Below are positions 26,909 to 36,267 of a DNA stretch of 64,000 bases, in pieces. The notes under the pieces are model-generated. The model worked only from the letters and a program-made list of their open reading frames with translations, did not search any database and had not been told where the DNA came from. The position numbers and the translations under genes are program-made. The stretch comes from Bacteroidales bacterium (GTDB taxonomy: Bacteria > Bacteroidota > Bacteroidia > Bacteroidales > JAIPAH01): NCBI GenBank assembly GCA_021738485.1, contig JAIPBX010000001.1, positions 4,702 through 68,701 on the forward strand, read 5' to 3'. Position 1 is the stretch's first letter. Each line of letters begins with the position of its first letter.

Positions 26909-28207
26909 ATGAAAATACTGATGTTTGGCTGGGAGTTTCCTCCCCACATCACCGGTGGATTGGGTACGGCATGTTTCGGGCTGACAAACGGACTGGCAGC
27001 TAATGAAGTGAATATCCGCTTCGTGGTGCCCAAGGCCTATGGCGACGAAGACGAAACCAATGTACGGATAGTCAATGCCTCGGATGTGGAGGTCAACTAC
27101 AACGATCTCATTTTTAAAGATTATTGGAACCGGGTATCCTATGTCGAAGTAGGCTCCAACCTTGTACCCTATGTCTCCCCCGAAGAATATTATGACATTG
27201 TCAATAAAGAAGAAAAGCGAACGGAACAAGAGGGCGAAAAGACCTTCACTACCCGCTATGATTTCTCGGGAAGTTACGGCAAAGACCTGCATGAAGAGAT
27301 CATGCGTTACGCTATCGTTGCCTCCGAAATTGCCAAAAAAGAACCGCATGATTTGATTCATGCTCATGACTGGCTTACCTACCCTTCGGGAATCGCCGCT
27401 GCGGAAGCCTCGGGCAAACCACTTGTAATCCACATCCATGCCACGGAGTTTGACCGATCGGGGAGGGACAATATCAACCACCTGGTTTATGATATCGAAA
27501 AACGAGGCTTTGAAGCTGCCGACCGAATTATTGCCGTAAGCCAGCTTACCAAAAACATATTGATTAACGATTATGGCATTCGGGAGGATAAAATTGATGT
27601 GGTACACAACGCTGTCATTCCCAAGGCCAAAGAAATTACAGAAGCCGAAAAAGCATTCCCCGAAAAAATCGTTACTTTTCTGGGAAGAGTAACCTTTCAG
27701 AAGGGACCGGAGTATTTTGTGGAAGCCGCCTACAAAATCCTGCAACGCGATAAAAATGTTCGTTTCGTTATGGCCGGTTCTGGCGATATGCTACGAAAAA
27801 TCATCCGTAGAGCTGCTGCCTTGCGCATTGCCGATCGGTTTCATTTTACCGGATTTCTGAAAAGTCCGGATGTCGACACGATGTTTGCCCTCAGCGATGT
27901 GTATGTCATGCCTTCGGTATCGGAGCCTTTCGGTATTTCGCCTTTGGAGGCGATGCGCTCGAATGTGCCGGTAGTAATCTCCAAACAATCAGGCGTTTCC
28001 GAAATTCTGAAACATGCCCTGAAGGTGGATTTTTGGGACGTCGACGCCTTGTCCAATGCCATATACGGATTGCTGCATTACGATGCCTTATCGATAATGT
28101 TCAGGAAATACGGCAAAACAGAAGTCGACAACTTAAAATGGGAAAAGGCAGCCATGCATGTCAAAGAAGTGTACAAAAAAGTATTGAATTCAAAAACAAA
28201 CCACTAG
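26909..28207 (+). CDS. GT4 glycosyltransferase (glycogen-cluster associated)
   Basis: MKILMFGWEFPPHITGGLGTAC is the N-terminus, and the GT-B C-terminal region carries PSVSEPFGISPLEAM (E-x7-E). Confidence 0.8.
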   Translation: MKILMFGWEFPPHITGGLGTACFGLTNGLAANEVNIRFVVPKAYGDEDETNVRIVNASDVEVNYNDLIFKDYWNRVSYVEVGSNLVPYVSPEEYYDIVNKEEKRTEQEGEKTFTTRYDFSGSYGKDLHEEIMRYAIVASEIAKKEPHDLIHAHDWLTYPSGIAAAEASGKPLVIHIHATEFDRSGRDNINHLVYDIEKRGFEAADRIIAVSQLTKNILINDYGIREDKIDVVHNAVIPKAKEITEAEKAFPEKIVTFLGRVTFQKGPEYFVEAAYKILQRDKNVRFVMAGSGDMLRKIIRRAAALRIADRFHFTGFLKSPDVDTMFALSDVYVMPSVSEPFGISPLEAMRSNVPVVISKQSGVSEILKHALKVDFWDVDALSNAIYGLLHYDALSIMFRKYGKTEVDNLKWEKAAMHVKEVYKKVLNSKTNH

Positions 28208-28208
28208 T

Positions 28209-29738
28209 ATGAGAGCCATTAGTTTCTATTTTCAGGTGCATCAACCCAACAGGTTAAGAACCTACCGATTTTTCGATATCGGTAAACGGCATGATTATTA
28301 CGACGAGTATCTCAATCGCCATATTGCCCAAAAGGTGGCCCAAAAATGTTACCTCCCGGCCAATGAAATGATGCTCGATTTAATTAAAAAACACGGAAAA
28401 GACTTCTCCATTGCCTATTCCATATCGGGAATAGCCCTGGAACAATTTGAGAAATATACCCCTGAAGTTATCGACTCCTTTAAAAAACTGGCCGATACAG
28501 GGCAGGTGGAATTCTTAGCCGAAACCTATGCCCATTCCCTGGCCACGCTGAAAAGCAAAGAAGAATTTAAGCGGCAGGTAGAGTTGCATCGTCACAAAAT
28601 CAAAGAGTTATTCAATTACGATCCTAAGGTTTTCAGAAACACCGAGCTTATCTATTCTGATGAAATCGGGGCTATGGTAGGCGAACTCGGATATAAAACT
28701 ATGCTTACCGAAGGAGCCAAACACGTGCTGGGCTGGAAGAGCCCAAACTACCTGTATGCCAACAGTATTAATCCGAAACTGAAGGTTCTGTTAAAAAACT
28801 ATAAGCTTAGTGACGATATTGCTTTTCGGTTCTCTGATCAATCGTGGGAGGAATGGCCGCTTACGGCAGAAAAATTTGTCTCGTGGCTCCATAGTATCGA
28901 TACCTCGGATGAAGTGGTGAATCTGTTTATGGACTATGAGACTATTGGCGAGCACCAGTGGGCTGATACTGGTATTTTTGAATTCATGAAAGCGCTACCA
29001 AAGGCCGTTTTCGATAACTCCGATTTCAAATTTCAAACACCGGGACAGGTAGCCGAACAACTGCAACCTGTGTCGGCGGTACACGTGCCTTACCCCATTT
29101 CATGGGCCGATGAAGAACGTGATTTGACTGCATGGGTGGGCAACGAACTTCAGGATGAAGCATTTGACAAACTATACGCCCTGGAGGAAAAAGTACATCA
29201 GTGCCAAGACAATGAAATTCTGAACGATTGGATGAGTTTGCAGACCAGCGACCATTTTTACTACATGTGTACCAAATGGTTCTCCGACGGCGATGTGCAC
29301 AGCTACTTCAACCCTTACGGAAGTCCCTACGATGCCTTTATCAATTACATGAATATCCTGAGCGATTTTATTCTTAGGGTTAATCAAAAATGCAGCGAAA
29401 AAAGCCCTGACCATCAGTCGAAAAAAGAAAAACCCACTGAAAAACAAATGAACCCGGAAGTAAAAAAAGACCGGCGTAGAGCCAAAAAGCCCGATACGTT
29501 TGATGATTTAAGAAAGGCGCCGAAAACCGTACTCAAAAAAGCGCTGCGACAGGTTACAACAAAAACAGTAGCAACGGCACTGCACAACTCCGATGAGGAA
29601 CTAAAACAACGAATACTTTCAAACCTGGGCAAAAGAGCGCTTAAAGAATATGAAATGTTAAGCAAAGACAAACCCAATAACGAAATGCGCAACCAGTGCA
29701 GGCAGGAAATTCTGGATTTAGTGCAATACCAGTATTAA
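28209..29738 (+). CDS. GH57 alpha-glucan-active enzyme with K/E-rich linker and FliG_C/MgtE_N-like C-terminal domain
   Basis: The GH57 N-terminus is FYFQVHQPNRLR...YLPAN..., with ...FLAETYAHSLA and MDYETIGEHQW. The last ~80 aa (29493..29735) read ALRQVTTKTVATALHNSDEELKQRILSNLGKRALKEYEML. Confidence 0.8.
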   Translation: MRAISFYFQVHQPNRLRTYRFFDIGKRHDYYDEYLNRHIAQKVAQKCYLPANEMMLDLIKKHGKDFSIAYSISGIALEQFEKYTPEVIDSFKKLADTGQVEFLAETYAHSLATLKSKEEFKRQVELHRHKIKELFNYDPKVFRNTELIYSDEIGAMVGELGYKTMLTEGAKHVLGWKSPNYLYANSINPKLKVLLKNYKLSDDIAFRFSDQSWEEWPLTAEKFVSWLHSIDTSDEVVNLFMDYETIGEHQWADTGIFEFMKALPKAVFDNSDFKFQTPGQVAEQLQPVSAVHVPYPISWADEERDLTAWVGNELQDEAFDKLYALEEKVHQCQDNEILNDWMSLQTSDHFYYMCTKWFSDGDVHSYFNPYGSPYDAFINYMNILSDFILRVNQKCSEKSPDHQSKKEKPTEKQMNPEVKKDRRRAKKPDTFDDLRKAPKTVLKKALRQVTTKTVATALHNSDEELKQRILSNLGKRALKEYEMLSKDKPNNEMRNQCRQEILDLVQYQY

Positions 29739-29876
29739 TGCATGAGCTCAGTTTAAAAAGCCATATTACCCCTAAATCCCCTAAAGGGGACTTTTTCAAA
29801 CCGTTGGTATTTTGGGATCAGGGGTAAAAACACTAAAAATCAACAGTTTGAAGGCTTTTTAGACCGGACTCATGCA
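29739..29876. repeat. ~138-nt nested inverted-repeat element
   Basis: The outer arms are tgcatgag...taaaaagcc (29739..29762) and ggcttttta...ctcatgca (29853..29876). The inner arms are ttacccct / aggggtaa and atccc / gggat, with a central tcccc-taaa-gggga hairpin. Confidence 0.6.
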
Positions 29877-30054
29877 GCAAAAGCCCGTTTAAAACGTTTG
29901 TGGAAGATTTATCGGGCGATTTTGTTACATTCGTCTACGCTTTTTAAAATGGAAAATGCAACCATAAAAAAACTTAACCTTCAGGTAAGTGTTATTTTTG
30001 GGCTTGATAGTGAGGAGTATTGAAATTATATTATTTTAGAAAATAACAAAACTA

Positions 30055-33000
30055 ATGAATAAACATATGCAACCTGATTTCCTATTTGAAACCAGTTGGG
30101 AAATCTGCAACATGATGGGCGGTATCTACACGGTGCTTTCCACAAAAGCAAAAACACTCAAAGAAAATTTAGGAGACCAGCTTATAATGATAGGCCCGGA
30201 GGTCTGGAAAGAAACTTCCGGGAACCCCGATTTTGAAGAAGACAAGACCCTTTTGAGTCATTGGGTGGAAAAAGCACATGAAGATGGATTAAATTTTCGC
30301 ATCGGGCGATGGAAAATAGCAGGTGAACCGATCGTCATCCTGGTCGATTTTACTCAATACTTTTCCAAAAAAGATGAGATTTTTAAAGAATATTGGGAAA
30401 CCTTCAGGCTCGATTCCCTGCAGGGGGGATGGGACTATGTTGAACCGGCTATGTTCGGATATGCTGCCGCAAAAGTCATTGAGCATTTCTACGAGTATAA
30501 TGTGACCGCTTACGATAAAATCAGCGCCCATTTCCATGAATGGATGACCGGGCTTGGATTGCTTTACCTGAAAAAAAACACCCCGCAGGTAGCTACGGTA
30601 TTCACTACCCACGCGACTACTCTGGGAAGAAGCATTGCCGGAAGAGGCCTGCCGCTGCAAAGCAAGCTAGAAGATTACAACCCGGAGGAAATGGCCCGCC
30701 GTCTGGGGATTCCATCCAAATTTTCGATGGAGCGCCTGGCCGTGCAGGAAGCGGATGCTTACACTACCGTTAGCGATACAACAGCCCGCGAATGCCATGC
30801 CTTTTTCGGCAGGGAAGTGGACGAGGTGACCCCGAATGGGTTTGATGAAGCCTTTGCCCCCTCAGATAAAGAACTTGATGAACATCGCAGTATCTCCCGG
30901 GAAGCATTGATTAAACTATCCAAAGCCACCAAAGGAAAAGAACCTGACAAAGATGCTTTCTTTGTAGCCACCAGCGGACGGTATGAATATACCAATAAAG
31001 GCATTGACGTATTTTTGGAAGCGCTCAATGCTCTGCGCAATGAGCAACCTTCCAGGGAAATATGGGGGTATGTGCTTGTGCCTGCCGGTCACAAGGGACC
31101 TGATAAAAAAGTGCTGGAACGCTGGAACAACATAACAGAGACATCCGAGGAATCCCTTCTTGCTACCCACGAACTCGATAACCCCAATAATGATCCAGTC
31201 GTTAATTTCCTGAGAAATAATGATTTCACTAACGGGAAAGATGAAAAAGTACATATTGTTTTTGTACCGGCATATCTGAATGGAAAAGATGGTTTGTTAA
31301 ATCTGACCTATTATCAGCTCTTATCGGGTTTCGACCTGACCATCTTCCCATCTTACTATGAACCATGGGGATATACGCCCCTGGAGAGCCTGGCCTACCG
31401 GGTGCCGACAGTTACCACCTCCCTTACGGGGATGGGGCAATGGGTCAAGGAGCGTTATCCTGATAATTCTCCGGGAATACAGGTCATTGATCGCGATGAG
31501 TCTAACCACAATGAAGTGATTCGGCAGATAGCCGATACCATAAAAGAAATCCTGGCTTATCCGCAGGAAGATATTGAGGAATTGAAACGGAATGCCTGGG
31601 AAATTTCGAGGATAGCTCTCTGGAGCCACCTTATCAACCATTACTTTAATGCTTACAACAGGGCGCTTGAAGAGGCGGCAAAAAGATTTGAACAGTATGA
31701 ATTCAAAGAAATCCCCAAAGACCAAACGGCCCTCAGTAAAAAGGCAATTTATGAGCCCCAGTGGAAAAAAATTCTTATTGAACCTACACTCCCGCAGAAC
31801 CTTGAAAAACTGCGTGAGCTGACGCGTAACATCTGGTGGACATGGGATCATCAGGCTAAAAAACTTTTAGCTTCTATAGAAAACGGTTTGTGGGAAAAAT
31901 ACAACTATAATCCAATCTATTTGCTCGAAAGAATGACCTATGAGCAACTCAATAACCTGGCCAATGATCAGGATTTTCTTGAGCGACTGGACAAAGTTTA
32001 TGACCGGTTCAAAACCTATATGGATGCCCGAAAAGAGCAAGACCCCCGAACCATTGCCTATTTCAGTATGGAATATGGCCTGCATGATACTATTAAGACT
32101 TATTCAGGGGGCTTGGGTATGCTGGCCGGTGATTATATCAAAGAAGCCAGTGATTCAAATGTAAATATGGTCGCTGTGGGTTTACTATACAGGTATGGAT
32201 TTTTTGTTCAGAAAATCAATCGCAATGGAGAACAACAAGCCGAATATATCCCGCAAAAGTTCACCCACTTGCCAATGATCCCGGTGCGGGATGAAAACGA
32301 CGAATGGCTGACCATTAACCTTGCTTTACCCGGGCGAAACGTCATAGCTAAGATATGGAAGCTAAACGTAGGGCGTGTCCCGCTCTATTTACTGGACACA
32401 GACATCGAGGAAAACCAGGAAAGTGATCGGTTTATTACTCATCAGCTTTATGGCGGGGACAATGAAAACCGCTTCAAACAGGAATTCCTTCTTGGCATTG
32501 GAGGAATAAGAATGTTGGATTTGCTCGATATTCATCCCACGCTATATCATATCAATGAAGGTCATGCGGCTTTTATTGGTCTGGAGCAGTTAAGAAAGTT
32601 AATCCAGGAACATAATCTGAGTTTTTATCAGGCCCGGGAAGTGGTCCGCGGTTCAAATTTATTCACAACCCATACGCCCGTACCTGCCGGGCATGATGCT
32701 TTTGAGGAGGATATCCTGCGCAGATATATTCCGCACTATGCTACCCGGCTAAACCTCAATTGGGAAGCTTTTATGGGCCTCGGAAGAAGAAATCCCGAAG
32801 ATACAAGCCAAAAATTTTCTATGAGCGTACTGGCGCTCAATCTCTCCCAGGAAGTAAACGGCGTAAGCAAGTTGCATGGCGAAATAAGCCGTGATATGTT
32901 TAAAGATATGTATCCCGGTTATCTGGCCGAGGAATTACACATCGGTTATGTCACAAACGGCGTCCATTACGCTAACTGGACATCCGGATCATGGAGAAGA

Positions 33001-34290
33001 TTACATAATGAAACCTTTGGCAGGGATTGGAAAAAAGACATGGCCAACCCTGAAATATGGAAAAATATCTACAAGGTCACAGACAAAAAAATCTGGGAGA
33101 TAAGAAATTATCAGAGGGATAAATTGGTGCACTATCTGAAGAAACGCTTAAGAAGCAGTATGATGATGCACCAGGAGAGCCCCCGAATGTTCAGGAAAAT
33201 TGAAAACGAATTATCTCCGCATAAACTTACGGTTGGATTTGCCAGAAGGTTTGCCACCTACAAAAGAGCACATTTGCTCTTTAAAAATCTCGAACGTCTT
33301 TCCGCTATCGTCAATAGTTCGGAGCGTCCCGTTCAATTCGTCTTTGCCGGGAAAGCCCATCCTAATGATAAGGAGGGGCAGGACTTGTTAAAATGGATTA
33401 TAGAAATTTCAAGAAGGGAGGAGTTTGCCGGTAAGATTCTTTTTGTGGAAGATTATGATATCCGGCTGGGCCGAAAGATGGTTCAAGGGGTGGATTTATG
33501 GTTAAATACTCCCACCCGTCCCCTGGAAGCCTCAGGCACCAGCGGAGAAAAAGCCGCATTAAACGGTGTCCTTAACTGCAGCGTCCTCGATGGATGGTGG
33601 GCCGAGGGTTATGTGGAAGGAGCCGGCTGGGCACTACCTGTAGAAAAGGCATTTCATAATCAGAATATTCAGGATGAACTTGATTCCGAAACGTTGTATG
33701 ATTTGCTTGAAGAAGAAATTATTCCTTCTTTTTATAATAGGGATGATAAGGGCATTCCTGAAAAATGGGTAAAGGCTGTTAAAAAGAATATTGCCGAGAT
33801 AGCCCCGCATTATACGACACGAAGAATGCTTAATGATTACTTTGAAAGTTTTTATAACAAGCTTTTCAGCCAGAATGAGGCTCTTACTTCGGAAAATTAT
33901 GACGGCGCAAAAGAACTCGTAAGATGGAAACGTAAAGTCTGGAATGTCTGGGAACAGATAAAAGTATACGACATGCACTTACCTGATTCTTATGACCGTC
34001 CGCTTAAGCTGGGGGATCATTTCCAGGCCGAAATAAAGCTAAACCTGCCGGGTTTATCGCCTGAAGAGATGGGGATAGAAATTGTTTTTGGCCATAAAGA
34101 ACAAGACAAGGTAAAGGAATTTGTGCAGGTACAAAGTATGGTTGTAAAGGAAGTAAACGGAAATATCGTTACCTATTCCTGTGATATCCCTGTTACTAAA
34201 GCGGGTGTATTTGATTATGCCTTCAGGCTATATCCCAAACATCATTTGCTACCCCATCGTCAATCTTTCAACCTGGTAAAGTGGTTGTAG
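30055..34290 (+). CDS. fusion protein: GT3 eukaryote-type glycogen synthase (N) + GT35 alpha-glucan phosphorylase (C)
   Basis: 1411 aa in one uninterrupted frame. The N-terminus FETSWEICNMMGGIYTVLSTKA resembles the animal/fungal glycogen synthase start. From ~aa 575 there is a DUF3417-type phosphorylase N-terminus (NIWWTWDHQA), then GGLGMLAGD, and the PLP-lysine context EASGTSGEKAALNG. Confidence 0.85.
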   Translation: MNKHMQPDFLFETSWEICNMMGGIYTVLSTKAKTLKENLGDQLIMIGPEVWKETSGNPDFEEDKTLLSHWVEKAHEDGLNFRIGRWKIAGEPIVILVDFTQYFSKKDEIFKEYWETFRLDSLQGGWDYVEPAMFGYAAAKVIEHFYEYNVTAYDKISAHFHEWMTGLGLLYLKKNTPQVATVFTTHATTLGRSIAGRGLPLQSKLEDYNPEEMARRLGIPSKFSMERLAVQEADAYTTVSDTTARECHAFFGREVDEVTPNGFDEAFAPSDKELDEHRSISREALIKLSKATKGKEPDKDAFFVATSGRYEYTNKGIDVFLEALNALRNEQPSREIWGYVLVPAGHKGPDKKVLERWNNITETSEESLLATHELDNPNNDPVVNFLRNNDFTNGKDEKVHIVFVPAYLNGKDGLLNLTYYQLLSGFDLTIFPSYYEPWGYTPLESLAYRVPTVTTSLTGMGQWVKERYPDNSPGIQVIDRDESNHNEVIRQIADTIKEILAYPQEDIEELKRNAWEISRIALWSHLINHYFNAYNRALEEAAKRFEQYEFKEIPKDQTALSKKAIYEPQWKKILIEPTLPQNLEKLRELTRNIWWTWDHQAKKLLASIENGLWEKYNYNPIYLLERMTYEQLNNLANDQDFLERLDKVYDRFKTYMDARKEQDPRTIAYFSMEYGLHDTIKTYSGGLGMLAGDYIKEASDSNVNMVAVGLLYRYGFFVQKINRNGEQQAEYIPQKFTHLPMIPVRDENDEWLTINLALPGRNVIAKIWKLNVGRVPLYLLDTDIEENQESDRFITHQLYGGDNENRFKQEFLLGIGGIRMLDLLDIHPTLYHINEGHAAFIGLEQLRKLIQEHNLSFYQAREVVRGSNLFTTHTPVPAGHDAFEEDILRRYIPHYATRLNLNWEAFMGLGRRNPEDTSQKFSMSVLALNLSQEVNGVSKLHGEISRDMFKDMYPGYLAEELHIGYVTNGVHYANWTSGSWRRLHNETFGRDWKKDMANPEIWKNIYKVTDKKIWEIRNYQRDKLVHYLKKRLRSSMMMHQESPRMFRKIENELSPHKLTVGFARRFATYKRAHLLFKNLERLSAIVNSSERPVQFVFAGKAHPNDKEGQDLLKWIIEISRREEFAGKILFVEDYDIRLGRKMVQGVDLWLNTPTRPLEASGTSGEKAALNGVLNCSVLDGWWAEGYVEGAGWALPVEKAFHNQNIQDELDSETLYDLLEEEIIPSFYNRDDKGIPEKWVKAVKKNIAEIAPHYTTRRMLNDYFESFYNKLFSQNEALTSENYDGAKELVRWKRKVWNVWEQIKVYDMHLPDSYDRPLKLGDHFQAEIKLNLPGLSPEEMGIEIVFGHKEQDKVKEFVQVQSMVVKEVNGNIVTYSCDIPVTKAGVFDYAFRLYPKHHLLPHRQSFNLVKWL

Positions 34291-34308
34291 GCAAAAAATA
34301 AAAATAAT

Positions 34309-34360
34309 TTGCCCCGAATACACGGATAATATAAATTCTCCATTCGTGCATTCGGGGCAA
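34309..34360. terminator. long hairpin between convergent genes (bidirectional terminator)
   Basis: ttgccccgaatacacg (34309..34324) pairs with cgtgcattcggggcaa (34345..34360) with one mismatch. A T-rich run follows on the minus strand. A second small hairpin, ctgaca-gcgacgt-tgtcag, lies at 34375..34393. Confidence 0.6.
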
Positions 34361-34394
34361 TCCTATTTGATTAACTGACAGCGACGTTGTCAGG

Positions 34395-36155
34395 CTATTC
34401 CTTTTTTTCGTCTTTGCTGATTTGAATATTTAGCTCTTTTAACTGCTCCTCGCTAATGGTCGAAGGAGAATCGATCATAATATCACGACCGGCGTTGTTT
34501 TTCGGGAAGGCAATAACATCCCTGATAGACTCCCTTCCGGCAAACAAGGACACCCAACGGTCAAAACCAAATGCTATACCTCCATGTGGTGGGGCGCCAT
34601 ATTCAAAGGCTTCCAGCAGAAACCCGAACTGTTGGTGTGCTTCTTCTTTTGAAAAACCGAGAGCAGAAAACATTCTGTCCTGAAGTTCCCGGTCATGAAT
34701 ACGTATGGAACCACCCCCGATTTCCACGCCGTTTATTACCATATCATAGGCATTGGCCCTGACTTTTTCGGGGGATTCTTCCAGGAGGTGGATATCTTCA
34801 TCTTTTGGAGAGGTAAAGGGGTGGTGCATAGCATGATAGCGTTTTGTTTCTTCATCCCATTCAAGCAAAGGAAAATCCACCACCCATAATCCCTTGAATA
34901 CATTCGGATCACGCAGTCCAAGCTGATTACCCATTTCCAAACGTAGTTCGTTCAGGGCCGTTCTTGTCGGACCTGCTTCTCCGGCCAGAATAAGCATTAA
35001 ATCACCAGGTTTTGCCTCAAACTGCTGTGCCCACGCTTTGAAATCCTCTTCGCTGAAAAATTTATCGACCGAAGACTTAAAAGAACCATCTTCATTATAT
35101 TTCAGGTAAACCAAGCCTTTAGCGCCTATCTGAGGCTTCTTCACAAAATCTGTCAAACTATCAAGTTGTTTCCTCGTATAACCCGTACTGCCTTCAGCTT
35201 TAATCCCCACCACTAATTCTGCACTGTCAAAAACTTTAAAACCTTTGCCCTGAGCTACCGCATTAAGCTCAACGAATTGCATACCAAACCGTATATCCGG
35301 TTTATCAGAACCATAGAGCCTTATAGCTTCCTCATATGGCATTCGCGGAAAATCTTCCATTTCCACATTTTTAATCACCTTAAACAGATGTTTGGAAAGG
35401 CCTTCAAAGTGATTCAGGACATCATCCTGTTCAACAAAGGACATCTCACAATCAATCTGGGTAAATTCAGGCTGGCGATCAGATCGAAAATCCTCATCTC
35501 TGAAACATTTTACCAGTTGAAAATATTTGTCATACCCGGAAATCATTAATAGCTGCTTGAAGGTTTGAGGTGACTGAGGAAGTGCATAAAATGCCCCTTT
35601 GGTCAAGCGGGAAGGAACTACAAAATCTCTGGCTCCTTCGGGGGTGGATTTTATCAGATAAGGTGTTTCAATCTCCACAAAGTTAAGATTGTTCAGGTAT
35701 TTCCTTGTTTCAATCGACATCTTATGCCGTAAAACAAGGCTGTCTTGATTCACCTTCCTGCGCAGGTCAAGGTAGCGGTACTTCATTCTTAATTCTTCCC
35801 CGCCATCGGTTTCATCTTCAATGGTGAAAGGAGGTACTTTTGATTTGTTAAGAATGGTGAGTGAGTCTGCCAAAACCTCAATATCCCCTGTAGAAATCTG
35901 TTTGTTTTTATTGCTTCTTTCGGCAACGTTCCCTTTTACCTGTATCACAAACTCCCGTCCCAGTTTCCGGGCCTTTTCCGCCAATTTGCTATCGGCTTTC
36001 ACATCAAAAACCAACTGTGTGATACCGTAGCGATCACGAAGATCAATAAAGGTCATCCCTCCCAAATCGCGGGAGCGTTGTACCCAACCGGTCAGGGTTA
36101 CTTTTTCATTCTCATTTTCCAGACGTAATTCTCCACAGGTGTGAGTTCTGAGCAT
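34395..36155 (-). CDS. aspS: aspartate--tRNA ligase
   Basis: 586 aa. It has an N-terminal OB fold ([10 protein letters not shown]...[19 protein letters not shown]) and class II motifs ([34 protein letters not shown]). Confidence 0.95.
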   Translation of the reverse strand: MLRTHTCGELRLENENEKVTLTGWVQRSRDLGGMTFIDLRDRYGITQLVFDVKADSKLAEKARKLGREFVIQVKGNVAERSNKNKQISTGDIEVLADSLTILNKSKVPPFTIEDETDGGEELRMKYRYLDLRRKVNQDSLVLRHKMSIETRKYLNNLNFVEIETPYLIKSTPEGARDFVVPSRLTKGAFYALPQSPQTFKQLLMISGYDKYFQLVKCFRDEDFRSDRQPEFTQIDCEMSFVEQDDVLNHFEGLSKHLFKVIKNVEMEDFPRMPYEEAIRLYGSDKPDIRFGMQFVELNAVAQGKGFKVFDSAELVVGIKAEGSTGYTRKQLDSLTDFVKKPQIGAKGLVYLKYNEDGSFKSSVDKFFSEEDFKAWAQQFEAKPGDLMLILAGEAGPTRTALNELRLEMGNQLGLRDPNVFKGLWVVDFPLLEWDEETKRYHAMHHPFTSPKDEDIHLLEESPEKVRANAYDMVINGVEIGGGSIRIHDRELQDRMFSALGFSKEEAHQQFGFLLEAFEYGAPPHGGIAFGFDRWVSLFAGRESIRDVIAFPKNNAGRDIMIDSPSTISEEQLKELNIQISKDEKKE

Positions 36156-36267
36156 TTTTTCGTTGTTTATTGATTCGCCGCGAAATTACAAAAAAATGGG
36201 TCGATACCCCGTAAAGGGCTCCGTATTCAAAACCATTTTCCAGGATAACTGGATCATCAGAATCATC

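Noticed and set aside
26849-27745. 298-aa ORF antisense to the GT4 glycosyltransferase
   Set aside because: It lies entirely within a strongly supported plus-strand gene and has no family signature. It is a typical antisense shadow frame.
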